A DNA stretch of 41,302 bases from Bacillota bacterium (GTDB taxonomy: Bacteria > Bacillota_I > Bacilli_A > RFN20 > CAG-826). Positions 16,465 through 24,420 of the stretch are shown here, in pieces (the stretch's first letter is position 1; each line of letters begins with the position of its first letter). The stretch is taken from NCBI GenBank assembly GCA_023443485.1, contig JAEZUH010000005.1, forward strand, positions 1 through 41,302, given 5' to 3'. The position numbers and the translations under genes are program-made. The notes under the pieces are model-generated. The model saw nothing but the letters and a program-made list of their open reading frames with translations. It did no database searches and was not told the origin of the DNA.

Positions 16465-16698
16465 CTTTGTATTGCGCTTTTCTTGGCAAAGAGGAACTAG
16501 AAAGTCGTCATCATCGATGTTAATTATGCCAAAGCAGAAGGCAAAGATTTAGATGTGAATCACGCGATGAACTTTTTCCAAAGAAATCAAAACTGTCACT
16601 ATGAAGATACCAAATGGCCACATTATTGTTATCACCGTTGAGGAGGCTAAAATTGGGAGAAACTAGATTTCGACTCCGCAATATTGTTTTTCGTTTTC
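16465..16698 (+). pseudogene. 5'- and 3'-truncated, frameshifted L-lactate dehydrogenase fragment
   Basis: Reads CIALFLAKRN*KVVIIDVNYAKAEGKDLDVNHAMNFF...YED..HIIVIT..GETR, with in-frame stops and at least 2 frameshifts. It is colinear with residues about 20-100 of the intact ldh at 20825. A hand alignment gives 53 of 64 identical nt between 16507-16570 and 20927-20990. Confidence 0.75.
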
Positions 16699-17835
16699 TT
16701 ATTTTTTGCTTTTATAATCATAGATTTGTTGAAGAATTTTTTTGAGTTTCATTATTGTTCTTTTTATCAAAGAAGGTTTCAAAATCGACAACACTTTTCT
16801 AGGTTTATAATTTTTGAAAGCATTTTTGCGAGTTAAAGGAAGCGGAGATGGCTGTACAACACGCGGATTATTTTCGAGAACTGTTTCTAAATCGCTTTCT
16901 TTTAAAAAGGACAGATTATCTTTAATTCTATTGAAAAAACTTAAGCCTTTATCTGTTTTAATAATTATTGCCGATACTCCGTCTTTACTCTCTTTTAAAG
17001 AACTATCTAGAACAGTAGAAGCTCCCCAGAAGTCGCCGATGGTAATATCGCTTCCGCTTCTAAAATTATTGCTTGGGCATCTGTAACAGGATGGACGAAA
17101 AGTATCATTTCCAAAGGTGATGTAAGAACTCTCAAATATCTCTTTGCCGTTCGCAAATCGAATCTTTAATTTTTGTCCATCAGCTTCCTTTGAGCGAAAA
17201 TCAATAAAAGAAATTTTACTCTTATGCTTTTTTTCTACAGCTTTTTTGAAATCTGAAAATAACATTGGCGAAGGAACACCAGCACAAAAAATATCTACTG
17301 CTAACAAGTTTGGATAATCTTTTTTCAAAAATAGACCAAGACCATGAATTTGACAAGGAGTCCCACTAAATAAAACTTGTTTTCCAGCAATTAATTCGCT
17401 TTTAACTTCTTTGAAAACCAAATTAATTCGGCTTTGAACATACTTAGATTTTTTAAAGGCTCCAACGCCATCATAAGTATCTGCTTTTTCGTGATTTACT
17501 ACAAAATCTTCATTAAATTTTGCTCCGAATACAACGCCATTATTTTTGATTACTTCATTTGCTAGGAGTGCAAAAGCCCCACCGGAAGAGCTGGCCATTA
17601 ACAATTCTTTGTTCTGAACGATAGCGCCATAAAACTTTATTGGCTTGGTTTTTTTTGACTTTTGAATAAAGGGACAGACACTCTCACAAAGGCCACAATT
17701 AATGCACTTATTCAAATCTACAGAAGGATAATAGTACCCCTCATTATCTGGTTTCATCGAAATTGCCTTTGTTGGACAAATGTTAAAACAAGCTTCACAG
17801 CCGCAGCATTTTTGTTTATCAGTAATATTAATCAT
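16699..17835 (-). CDS. FrhB/FdhB-like (coenzyme F420 hydrogenase beta-subunit family) flavo-iron-sulfur protein with 2x[4Fe-4S] ferredoxin motifs
   Basis: The N-terminus has CCGCEACFNICP and CINCGLCESVCP (two CxxCxxCxxxCP motifs). The rest has the length and pattern of the FrhB_FdhB N/C domains. It sits directly downstream of a pyruvyl transferase, a pairing commonly seen in glycan loci. Confidence 0.75.
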   Translation of the reverse strand: MINITDKQKCCGCEACFNICPTKAISMKPDNEGYYYPSVDLNKCINCGLCESVCPFIQKSKKTKPIKFYGAIVQNKELLMASSSGGAFALLANEVIKNNGVVFGAKFNEDFVVNHEKADTYDGVGAFKKSKYVQSRINLVFKEVKSELIAGKQVLFSGTPCQIHGLGLFLKKDYPNLLAVDIFCAGVPSPMLFSDFKKAVEKKHKSKISFIDFRSKEADGQKLKIRFANGKEIFESSYITFGNDTFRPSCYRCPSNNFRSGSDITIGDFWGASTVLDSSLKESKDGVSAIIIKTDKGLSFFNRIKDNLSFLKESDLETVLENNPRVVQPSPLPLTRKNAFKNYKPRKVLSILKPSLIKRTIMKLKKILQQIYDYKSKK

Positions 17836-17846
17836 TTAACTAATCC

Positions 17847-19001
17847 TTAATTCTTTCCAAATGATTTCAAGTAACTGAAAGCTTTCTCTTTCTCTTTCTC
17901 AATAATACTTTTCACAGGAGAATAATCGATATCAGAAAAATCAAAGTCATCAAAATCATCGGCATTATAAATAAGACGATTCTCAAAATTTGTTAATTTC
18001 AATAGTCCGGTTATCCTTGAACCACGAGTGGGGTGCGGGAATGCGATAAAATTCTTTTCAAAAATAATTGATAAAGCAACACCATGGAATGAACTAGAAA
18101 TTGAGTAAGCTGCATTGTTTAAAAGGCCAAGAAAAGAGCTTGGAGAACAATTTTGAAGCCAAAGTACGTTGTTTTTAAAGCCATTTCTATTAGAAAAACT
18201 AACAATATCTAAATGAAATTTTGTTGCCATCTTATTAGCAAAAGTAATTAGTTCTTGGGAAGGAACTAAATCATAGATGAAAATATACTTATTTTTAAGC
18301 TTCGGACTATCAGAAATCTTAAGCCATGAGCTTTTATCAAGCAAAAAAGTTGGGTCAATATGAACCTGAATATCCTCTCTTTTGGACAACTCAATCAGCT
18401 TATTTTTTTGTTTCTCTTCACGTATGGAAATACCATCAAAATCAGAAATAAGAGAAAAATCAATTGTTTCCATTTTTAAAGGTGCGACCGCTATGCTGGC
18501 AGCATATGAACATTTCTTTTGGTTTTTATTTGCGAAATTAAGCAGGTAAGCCTGTCCATCGGGTAAAATGAAATATGGATTCCAAACTTGGTCAGAGCCA
18601 GTTAAAAGAATATTGTAGTCTTTCGCAAAATGACGAATGTTGTCATCTGTGACAAAAATCTTTGAATCAACGTTTAAATATTGTTGTCTAAATTTGTCGA
18701 ATAGTTTTTTTCTTTTCTTGTTATTATTGTAACTATAAATTGAGGACAATATTTTATACATTCCACTTCGAAATCCAAGAGTACGCAATCTTTTGAAAGG
18801 ATGAATTCCATAGTCGTGATTATCGCGTTCCTTTTGTGTAAGAAAATTAATGAATTCAGGTTGATAGCCAAGACTTTTTAATGCTTCTTGCAAAGCATAG
18901 GCTTGAAGAACTGAACCAAAATTATCAGCATAATGCATCGTTAGAATACCGACTTTTTTGGGGAGTGACAAAGACTCAATTTCTTCGTTAGGTTTTAACA
19001 T
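17847..19001 (-). CDS. polysaccharide pyruvyl transferase family protein (CsaB/WcaK-like)
   Basis: N-terminus KVGILTMHYADNFGSVLQAYAL and the motif LLTGSDQVWNP are typical of PS_pyruv_trans. 384 aa. Confidence 0.8.
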   Translation of the reverse strand: MLKPNEEIESLSLPKKVGILTMHYADNFGSVLQAYALQEALKSLGYQPEFINFLTQKERDNHDYGIHPFKRLRTLGFRSGMYKILSSIYSYNNNKKRKKLFDKFRQQYLNVDSKIFVTDDNIRHFAKDYNILLTGSDQVWNPYFILPDGQAYLLNFANKNQKKCSYAASIAVAPLKMETIDFSLISDFDGISIREEKQKNKLIELSKREDIQVHIDPTFLLDKSSWLKISDSPKLKNKYIFIYDLVPSQELITFANKMATKFHLDIVSFSNRNGFKNNVLWLQNCSPSSFLGLLNNAAYSISSSFHGVALSIIFEKNFIAFPHPTRGSRITGLLKLTNFENRLIYNADDFDDFDFSDIDYSPVKSIIEKEKEKAFSYLKSFGKN

Positions 19002-19098
19002 ATTTAGATTATAACATAATCTTAAAAAAACTAAAGATTATAAAAAGTCGGAATCTTGAGCCGAACCCCATTTAGTAAACAACAAAAAGATTAGCACT

Positions 19099-19130
19099 TC
19101 TTATCACATAAAAGCGATAAGAGGTTTTTT
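19099..19130 (+). terminator. orphan terminator-like hairpin with T-tract
   Basis: TCTTATC (19099-19105) / GATAAGA (19116-19122) with a 10-nt loop, then TTTTTT (19125-19130). No plus-strand gene lies upstream. It abuts the IS-remnant region. Confidence 0.3.
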
Positions 19131-19420
19131 GTGTCGGAAAAAGGAAACCCATTTCAAAAGCATAGACATTGAGCGGAAGTTAAAATACCTTAAAATCATG
19201 TTTGTGGCAAATATTCTTATGCTTCACATGGCGCAAAATTCGGTGTCTTAGGAAATAATCAATTTAGAATTGGCTTCTAAAAACGAAAAAAGACTTTAAT
19301 GTGGTCATCAATTAGCAGAATTTGCCACCTGGCAAAAAGCCAACAAAGACATTAACTAAGGAAGATTATAAACAGAGATATGAAATCCTCAAAAAAACTT
19401 TGCACAAAAATAGTATATTT
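19131..19420 (+). mobile_element. decayed IS3/IS150-type transposase OrfA remnant (HTH/leucine-zipper part only)
   Basis: Pieces spread over three frames (DIERKLKYLKIM, AKFGVLGNNQFRIGF, PPGKKPTKTLTKEDYKQRYEILKK) resemble the N-terminal OrfA of IS3-family elements. They are broken by several stops and frameshifts. No DDE OrfB and no inverted repeats were identified. Confidence 0.35.
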
Positions 19421-19580
19421 TTAGAACAGTACATTAAATATGTTGAGGAATGGGCAGGCTTTTATTATATGCCGCGAATAAAAAAGAACCGTAAACGATT
19501 TCTATTTTAATGGCTTTTTTTGCTGAAGCATTCATCTTGGAGGACACTTTATGAACTTACTTTTATTGCAAATTACATAT

Positions 19581-20189
19581 TTATTTACCCTTGATTCTCA
19601 AGAGAGTCATAAGGAATAATTTTGCATCAAGCCAGAAATCAACTGTCCTAGCGTATTCGGAATCATAACGCGCTTTTTCTTTTGGATCATGATCACGATT
19701 CATTTTTACTTGGGCTAATCCAGAAATGCCTGGTTTAACATCGAAAGCAGATGGAGTGTACGATTCTCTTAATCTAATTAATTCTTCTTCGTTTTTTGCA
19801 GCGCCTGGTCTTGGACCTACAAATGACATCGTTCCACCTAATACGTTGATAAGTTGAACTGTTTCATCAATGGAGAATTTTCTCAAGAAGTTTCCAAACT
19901 TATATTCCATGGCCTTTTGTTGCTCTTCGGTCATATCACTAGGAGCGATTTGAGGCGCATCTGCTCTCATTGTTCTAAATTTGTAAATTTTGAAAACTTT
20001 TTTGTGCTTGCCCACTCTTTCTTGTCTAAACAAGACCGGACCCTTTGAAGTGAGTTTAATGAGTATTGCTACCCACCACCAAATCAGTAGTGAACAAACG
20101 ATAATTCCGAATAAAGATCCACAAATATCGATCAATCTTTTCCAGAAGAAATAGAATTTTTGGCTTTTCTTAAATTTATAGTTTTCCAT
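19581..20189 (-). CDS. small monotopic phosphoglycosyl transferase (bacterial sugar transferase family, PglC/WbaP C-terminal-domain type), initiating enzyme
   Basis: 202 aa. One N-terminal reentrant helix (FGIIVCSLLIWWWVAILI) is followed by GPVLFRQERVGK, YKFRTM, VGPRP and SGLAQV motifs characteristic of Bac_transf. Confidence 0.85.
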   Translation of the reverse strand: MENYKFKKSQKFYFFWKRLIDICGSLFGIIVCSLLIWWWVAILIKLTSKGPVLFRQERVGKHKKVFKIYKFRTMRADAPQIAPSDMTEEQQKAMEYKFGNFLRKFSIDETVQLINVLGGTMSFVGPRPGAAKNEEELIRLRESYTPSAFDVKPGISGLAQVKMNRDHDPKEKARYDSEYARTVDFWLDAKLFLMTLLRIKGK

Positions 20190-20291
20190 AAGATAACGCC
20201 TAATATCATACCAAAGTAAAATAAAAAAGCAAAAGTTTCTTTCTCAATGCCTTAATATTGATTAAAAAGATTCCATCAGATGAGAAATTAA

Positions 20292-20702
20292 CTATTCAAT
20301 ATGTTGTTCGCCAATTTCGCTGATGGATAGTATTTTTACATATTGAGCGTCGCTAAAGTCTTTTTGCCCTCGCATGTATTTTTCTTTGAGGTTATAAAAA
20401 CATATTCTCAAATAATCATCATTTTGATAGATGAAAAAAGGCTTATCGATATTGGCTTTGATTCCCTTAAAGTAGCTATCATAATTGCCATAATTAATAC
20501 GATAACCCCGTTTTTTCATTTCTTCTAAGACCATGTTTGAATAGGATAGTAGATCTTTTCTATCTTTATATTCATCTTTATAAATATAATTTATAAGAAT
20601 GTGATTCGGTTCCTGTCTAAAAATTAAATTCAGCTCTCGCCACTGGGCTAAAAGTTGAGATCTAGGAAGATGTTGTATTAACTTATAATGCCAAAGTCTC
20701 AT
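20292..20702 (-). CDS. T4 endonuclease V (DenV)-like pyrimidine-dimer DNA glycosylase family protein (TIGR02328-type)
   Basis: The N-terminus MRLWHYKLIQHLPRSQLLAQWRELNLIF parallels the EndoV N-terminal helix. A Glu at position 23 (WRE) matches the catalytic E23 of T4 EndoV. 136 aa. Confidence 0.55.
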   Translation of the reverse strand: MRLWHYKLIQHLPRSQLLAQWRELNLIFRQEPNHILINYIYKDEYKDRKDLLSYSNMVLEEMKKRGYRINYGNYDSYFKGIKANIDKPFFIYQNDDYLRICFYNLKEKYMRGQKDFSDAQYVKILSISEIGEQHIE

Positions 20703-20824
20703 ATCGATTAATTTATTTTTACCATCATTGACAAGAAGACGTCAATTCAAGCGCTCTTTTTTGAGTACATTACTTGTAGTGATGTTATGAAAAACATATC
20801 ATTACCATGTAGGGGGACTACAAT

Positions 20825-21778
20825 ATGAAAAACTTAAACAATCGAAAAGTTGTAATTATTGGAGATGGAATGGTTGGAAGCTCAATCGCTTATACCCTTC
20901 TTCTCAAATCAAATATCCAAGACATTGTCATCATTGATGTCAATAAAGACAAAGCCGAAGGTGATGCTTTAGATATGAATCACGCGATGAGTATGCTAGC
21001 TCCAAAAGACATCAAAGCCGGTTCATATGAAGATATTGAAGATGCTCACATTATCGTGATCACCGCTGGCGCTGCTCAAAAACCAGGAGAAACAAGACTT
21101 CAATTATGCTACAAGAACAAAGCTATCTTCGATAGCATATTTGCCATGATGAAACCGCATCTCAACCCAGAAAGCATAGTTATGATAGTGACAAATCCTG
21201 TTGATATTTTGACTCACTATGCTTTTACTAAATTGGGACTACCGGCCAATCAAGTTATTGGTTCAGGTACTGTCTTGGATACTGCAAGATTAAAATTCTT
21301 GCTTAGTGAGGACACCAAAATTGACCCACGAAATATTCATACTTATGTCATAGGAGAACACGGTGATAGTGAAGTAATGGCCTATTCGGTTACTTACATC
21401 GCTGGAGTGCCAATTGCTGACTTCTGTACAGTCTGTGGAAGATGCAAGAACTTGCATCACTTGAAAAAGTTAGAAGAGATTGGCAGAGAAGTTGTTACAT
21501 CAGCTTATAAAATCATTGAGAAAAAAGGCAGCACATATTATGGAATCGCCGCTGCGGTTGCTCGAATCATCGACGCAATTGTTAACGATACTGAAAGTGT
21601 CTTAACAGTCTCCTCTTATGTTGAGGATGCCCTTGAGGGAAAAATTAGAGATGTCTATCTCTCTGTTCCATCAATTGTTAACCAACATGGAGCTGTAAAG
21701 ACTGTATGGCCGGCATATAGCGAAAATGAAGCTGAATTGCTCATTCAATCAGCCAATAAGCTTAAACAGTTTTATTAA
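20825..21778 (+). CDS. ldh: L-lactate dehydrogenase
   Basis: KVVIIGDGMVGSS Rossmann motif, ITAGAAQKPGETRL, the substrate loop, catalytic IGEHGDS, and 317 aa. SD GGGGGA is present. Confidence 0.95.
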   Translation: MKNLNNRKVVIIGDGMVGSSIAYTLLLKSNIQDIVIIDVNKDKAEGDALDMNHAMSMLAPKDIKAGSYEDIEDAHIIVITAGAAQKPGETRLQLCYKNKAIFDSIFAMMKPHLNPESIVMIVTNPVDILTHYAFTKLGLPANQVIGSGTVLDTARLKFLLSEDTKIDPRNIHTYVIGEHGDSEVMAYSVTYIAGVPIADFCTVCGRCKNLHHLKKLEEIGREVVTSAYKIIEKKGSTYYGIAAAVARIIDAIVNDTESVLTVSSYVEDALEGKIRDVYLSVPSIVNQHGAVKTVWPAYSENEAELLIQSANKLKQFY

Positions 21779-21784
21779 ATGAAG

Positions 21785-21808
21785 AGTGGCAAAGCCACTT
21801 TTCTTTTT
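21785..21808 (+). terminator. rho-independent terminator after ldh
   Basis: AGTGGC (21785-21790) / GCCACT (21794-21799) with loop AAA, followed by TTTTCTTTTT. Confidence 0.65.
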
Positions 21809-21887
21809 CCTACTTTAAACTGTTGATGGAATATTAAACTACTGAAAATAAACCTCTTTTTTGTTAAGATGGGAATAGGTAAAAATT

Positions 21888-22988
21888 ATGAAACCAATAC
21901 GTTTAACCATTTTAGGTATTTTAACCCCACTTCTTTTGGGGTGCTCAAGTAGCGCTGGCTCTTATCCTTTGGATCTTCCGGCTGAAGATTACATCACAAC
22001 CTTGGAGATTAACGATATCGAAAATTTCACAATATGTGTTTTCAACGATCTTCACATCTCGGTTTTAACAAATTTAACCGACGAAATTGCCTATTACGAG
22101 AAGTGCCTTATTAGCAATGGTGGGGAACTACCAAGTTTAATCGTTTTGAATGGCGACTCTTTTATGGGAGCTGCTAAATCTCAAGTTGAACGTTTTTTCG
22201 ATTGGATTGATAGCAAAGGTGTTCCTTTTGCGTATACTTACGGCAATCATGATTTACAAGGCACATATTCGAATATGCTTATTGATCAGGTTATTAAGAG
22301 CTGTGAACATGCGGTTTTACTGAACCCTATCAATGACAATGTTTTTGGCGATAGTAACTATGTTTTAAATATCGAAGAAATCGGAACGCCGAACACATTG
22401 AAATGGCAGCTTTATTTTTATGATAGTAATACATATTATGGCGTTGATTATGATGTCATTCATGAAGATCAAATTGCATGGTACGAAAAACAGCAACAAG
22501 CACTTGAAGACCTTGGCACTCCAAATATACCTTCTTTAACTTTCATGCATATTCCTACTGAAGAATTTGAAGAAGCTTATAAAACCATTGGTCACAATGT
22601 CACTAGTGGACACGATACCGCTGACACTGAAAGCCTATGGTACATGGGCGAATCGATATCTTGGGGTTATAAAGAAACCGAATTCTATGAAACGATGCAA
22701 GAATATAAAAATAACAAAGCCATTATTGTTGGCCACGACCATGTCAATTTGACTGATTGGCATTATGATAAAGATGAAGGATCAGCTGACAATATGATTC
22801 ATCTAATTTATGGTTTAAAAACCGGGCGAGGAATTTATCACGATACGAGAATTATGGGTGCGTCTTTCTATACCTTAAAAGATTCCAATGAATTTGATAT
22901 CAAATGGATGAATGTTCCATATGAAGAAGATCCATTCGAAATCACTTCTGGATATCTCATTGGTTTAGGAGAGGGGGCAATTGCATGA
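21888..22988 (+). CDS. lipoprotein metallophosphoesterase (calcineurin-like)
   Basis: Lipobox LLLGCSS. Metallophosphoesterase motifs are present: DLH, GDSF (GDxx), GNHD, H-IP and GHDH. Confidence 0.75.
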   Translation: MKPIRLTILGILTPLLLGCSSSAGSYPLDLPAEDYITTLEINDIENFTICVFNDLHISVLTNLTDEIAYYEKCLISNGGELPSLIVLNGDSFMGAAKSQVERFFDWIDSKGVPFAYTYGNHDLQGTYSNMLIDQVIKSCEHAVLLNPINDNVFGDSNYVLNIEEIGTPNTLKWQLYFYDSNTYYGVDYDVIHEDQIAWYEKQQQALEDLGTPNIPSLTFMHIPTEEFEEAYKTIGHNVTSGHDTADTESLWYMGESISWGYKETEFYETMQEYKNNKAIIVGHDHVNLTDWHYDKDEGSADNMIHLIYGLKTGRGIYHDTRIMGASFYTLKDSNEFDIKWMNVPYEEDPFEITSGYLIGLGEGAIA

Positions 22989-23908
22989 CAAAGTTATTTT
23001 CAAGCGTAAAGGTCAGAAAAATTACCTTATTATTCTTATTTTTTGTGGCTTCACTATCAACAGCATATGGCTGGTTCCTCTTTGTTCCAGTCATCACTAA
23101 CTATGGAAGAATGTTAGCAACATATTTTCCAACTTTATTTACCTTTGGCGTTCCTTTATTTACCTTTTTTATGTTGTGGATGTATTGGCATACTTGCAAC
23201 ATTGCTAATAAACACCGAATCTTGAAAATTTACTCTATTACCTTAATTGTCTTGATGGGCTTATGCATTCCATTTCACATTTTATCCATTGGTCTATCCT
23301 TTGGATGGAATGGCATCTATGGAGTTTTAACCCCTCTATTTCCTTATGACATCCTAGTAAAAATGGTATTTTTCCTAGCCATAGGAATTTACATTCTTGT
23401 TTATGTTATCCGAAATGGAGATTTAGCATTAGTTCCTTTGACAGTAAAAAATCCTTTGCGCAAAAGAGCTTTTGTAGCCATGGGATTTGTATCTGCTTTT
23501 ACATCCTATTTCTTTGGGGCATTTTTCGAAGTATTTTTTATCTTAGATACTTTCGATTCAAACTGGTATGGGATGATACCAGCAATTTTACTCTTTCTTC
23601 TTCCATTAGCATCCTTTCTTTTATATGTTTTCTATCGTCATCAGACAGATGAAATCACAAAGCGAAGAGTTCATTTTTATAGTCTTATTTCCATACTTTT
23701 GTCAACACTGGTTTTGTTATTATGGGTGTTGATTGCTGTCTTAATAAACCCTTACCTTTTTCCTCAATCACTAAGCAATTTCTACATGCTTGGTTATGCC
23801 GCAAAAATGCCAATTGGATTCTTCTTAATTATCATTATGCTTTTCGTTGAAATCTTAGTTAGTTTCCTGCGATATCGCAAAAGATATTTAATGAAAAAAG
23901 ATGCCTAA
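22985..23908 (+). CDS. polytopic membrane protein of unknown function (about 8-9 TM)
   Basis: ATGA overlap with the upstream gene. It is hydrophobic throughout, with no recognisable catalytic motif. Confidence 0.55.
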   Translation: MTKLFSSVKVRKITLLFLFFVASLSTAYGWFLFVPVITNYGRMLATYFPTLFTFGVPLFTFFMLWMYWHTCNIANKHRILKIYSITLIVLMGLCIPFHILSIGLSFGWNGIYGVLTPLFPYDILVKMVFFLAIGIYILVYVIRNGDLALVPLTVKNPLRKRAFVAMGFVSAFTSYFFGAFFEVFFILDTFDSNWYGMIPAILLFLLPLASFLLYVFYRHQTDEITKRRVHFYSLISILLSTLVLLLWVLIAVLINPYLFPQSLSNFYMLGYAAKMPIGFFLIIIMLFVEILVSFLRYRKRYLMKKDA

Positions 23909-24410
23909 AAATTCAAAAATTAAAACAGCCCTTTTAATCTTTTTTGCACTTAGCATCTTGCTTAATCTTTTTATTTTAGTCAACGCATTTATTCCGGGAG
24001 ATGAAAGTGCGGCGACTTCATTTTGGATAGCTGATATTCTTGCAACATTAATTAATTATGTCAAATCAGGAACTATCAATATTGATAATATTGATGCTTT
24101 CTCATATTTCATCCGAAAACTGGTTGGTCACTTCTCTCTCTTTTTGTTGGATGGCGTTTTTGTTGGTTTGACTTTCTATCTCTTTTTGATGTATAAAAAG
24201 AATCGCAATTTTTGGTGGGCTACTCTCTTTATTTTTTTGATTGGTTTTTTAGTAGCTTCAATTAGCGAAGCAATTCAACTAGGGATTCCAGGCCGAATTG
24301 GCACAATAAACGATGTTCTAATCGATATGGCGGGATATGTGATATCTTTAATCGCTCTTTTTATCATCTTTTTCTTCAGACCAAGAAAAAAGAAACTCAT
24401 CATAAATTAA
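23901..24410 (+). CDS. VanZ-like family membrane protein
   Basis: RKLVGHFSLFLLDG and SEAIQLGIPGRIGTINDVLIDMAGY match the VanZ-like pattern (K--H---F ... E--Q---PGR----DV--D--G). It overlaps the upstream ORF by 8 nt. Confidence 0.7.
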   Translation: MPKNSKIKTALLIFFALSILLNLFILVNAFIPGDESAATSFWIADILATLINYVKSGTINIDNIDAFSYFIRKLVGHFSLFLLDGVFVGLTFYLFLMYKKNRNFWWATLFIFLIGFLVASISEAIQLGIPGRIGTINDVLIDMAGYVISLIALFIIFFFRPRKKKLIIN

Positions 24411-24420
24411 AAAAAATATT

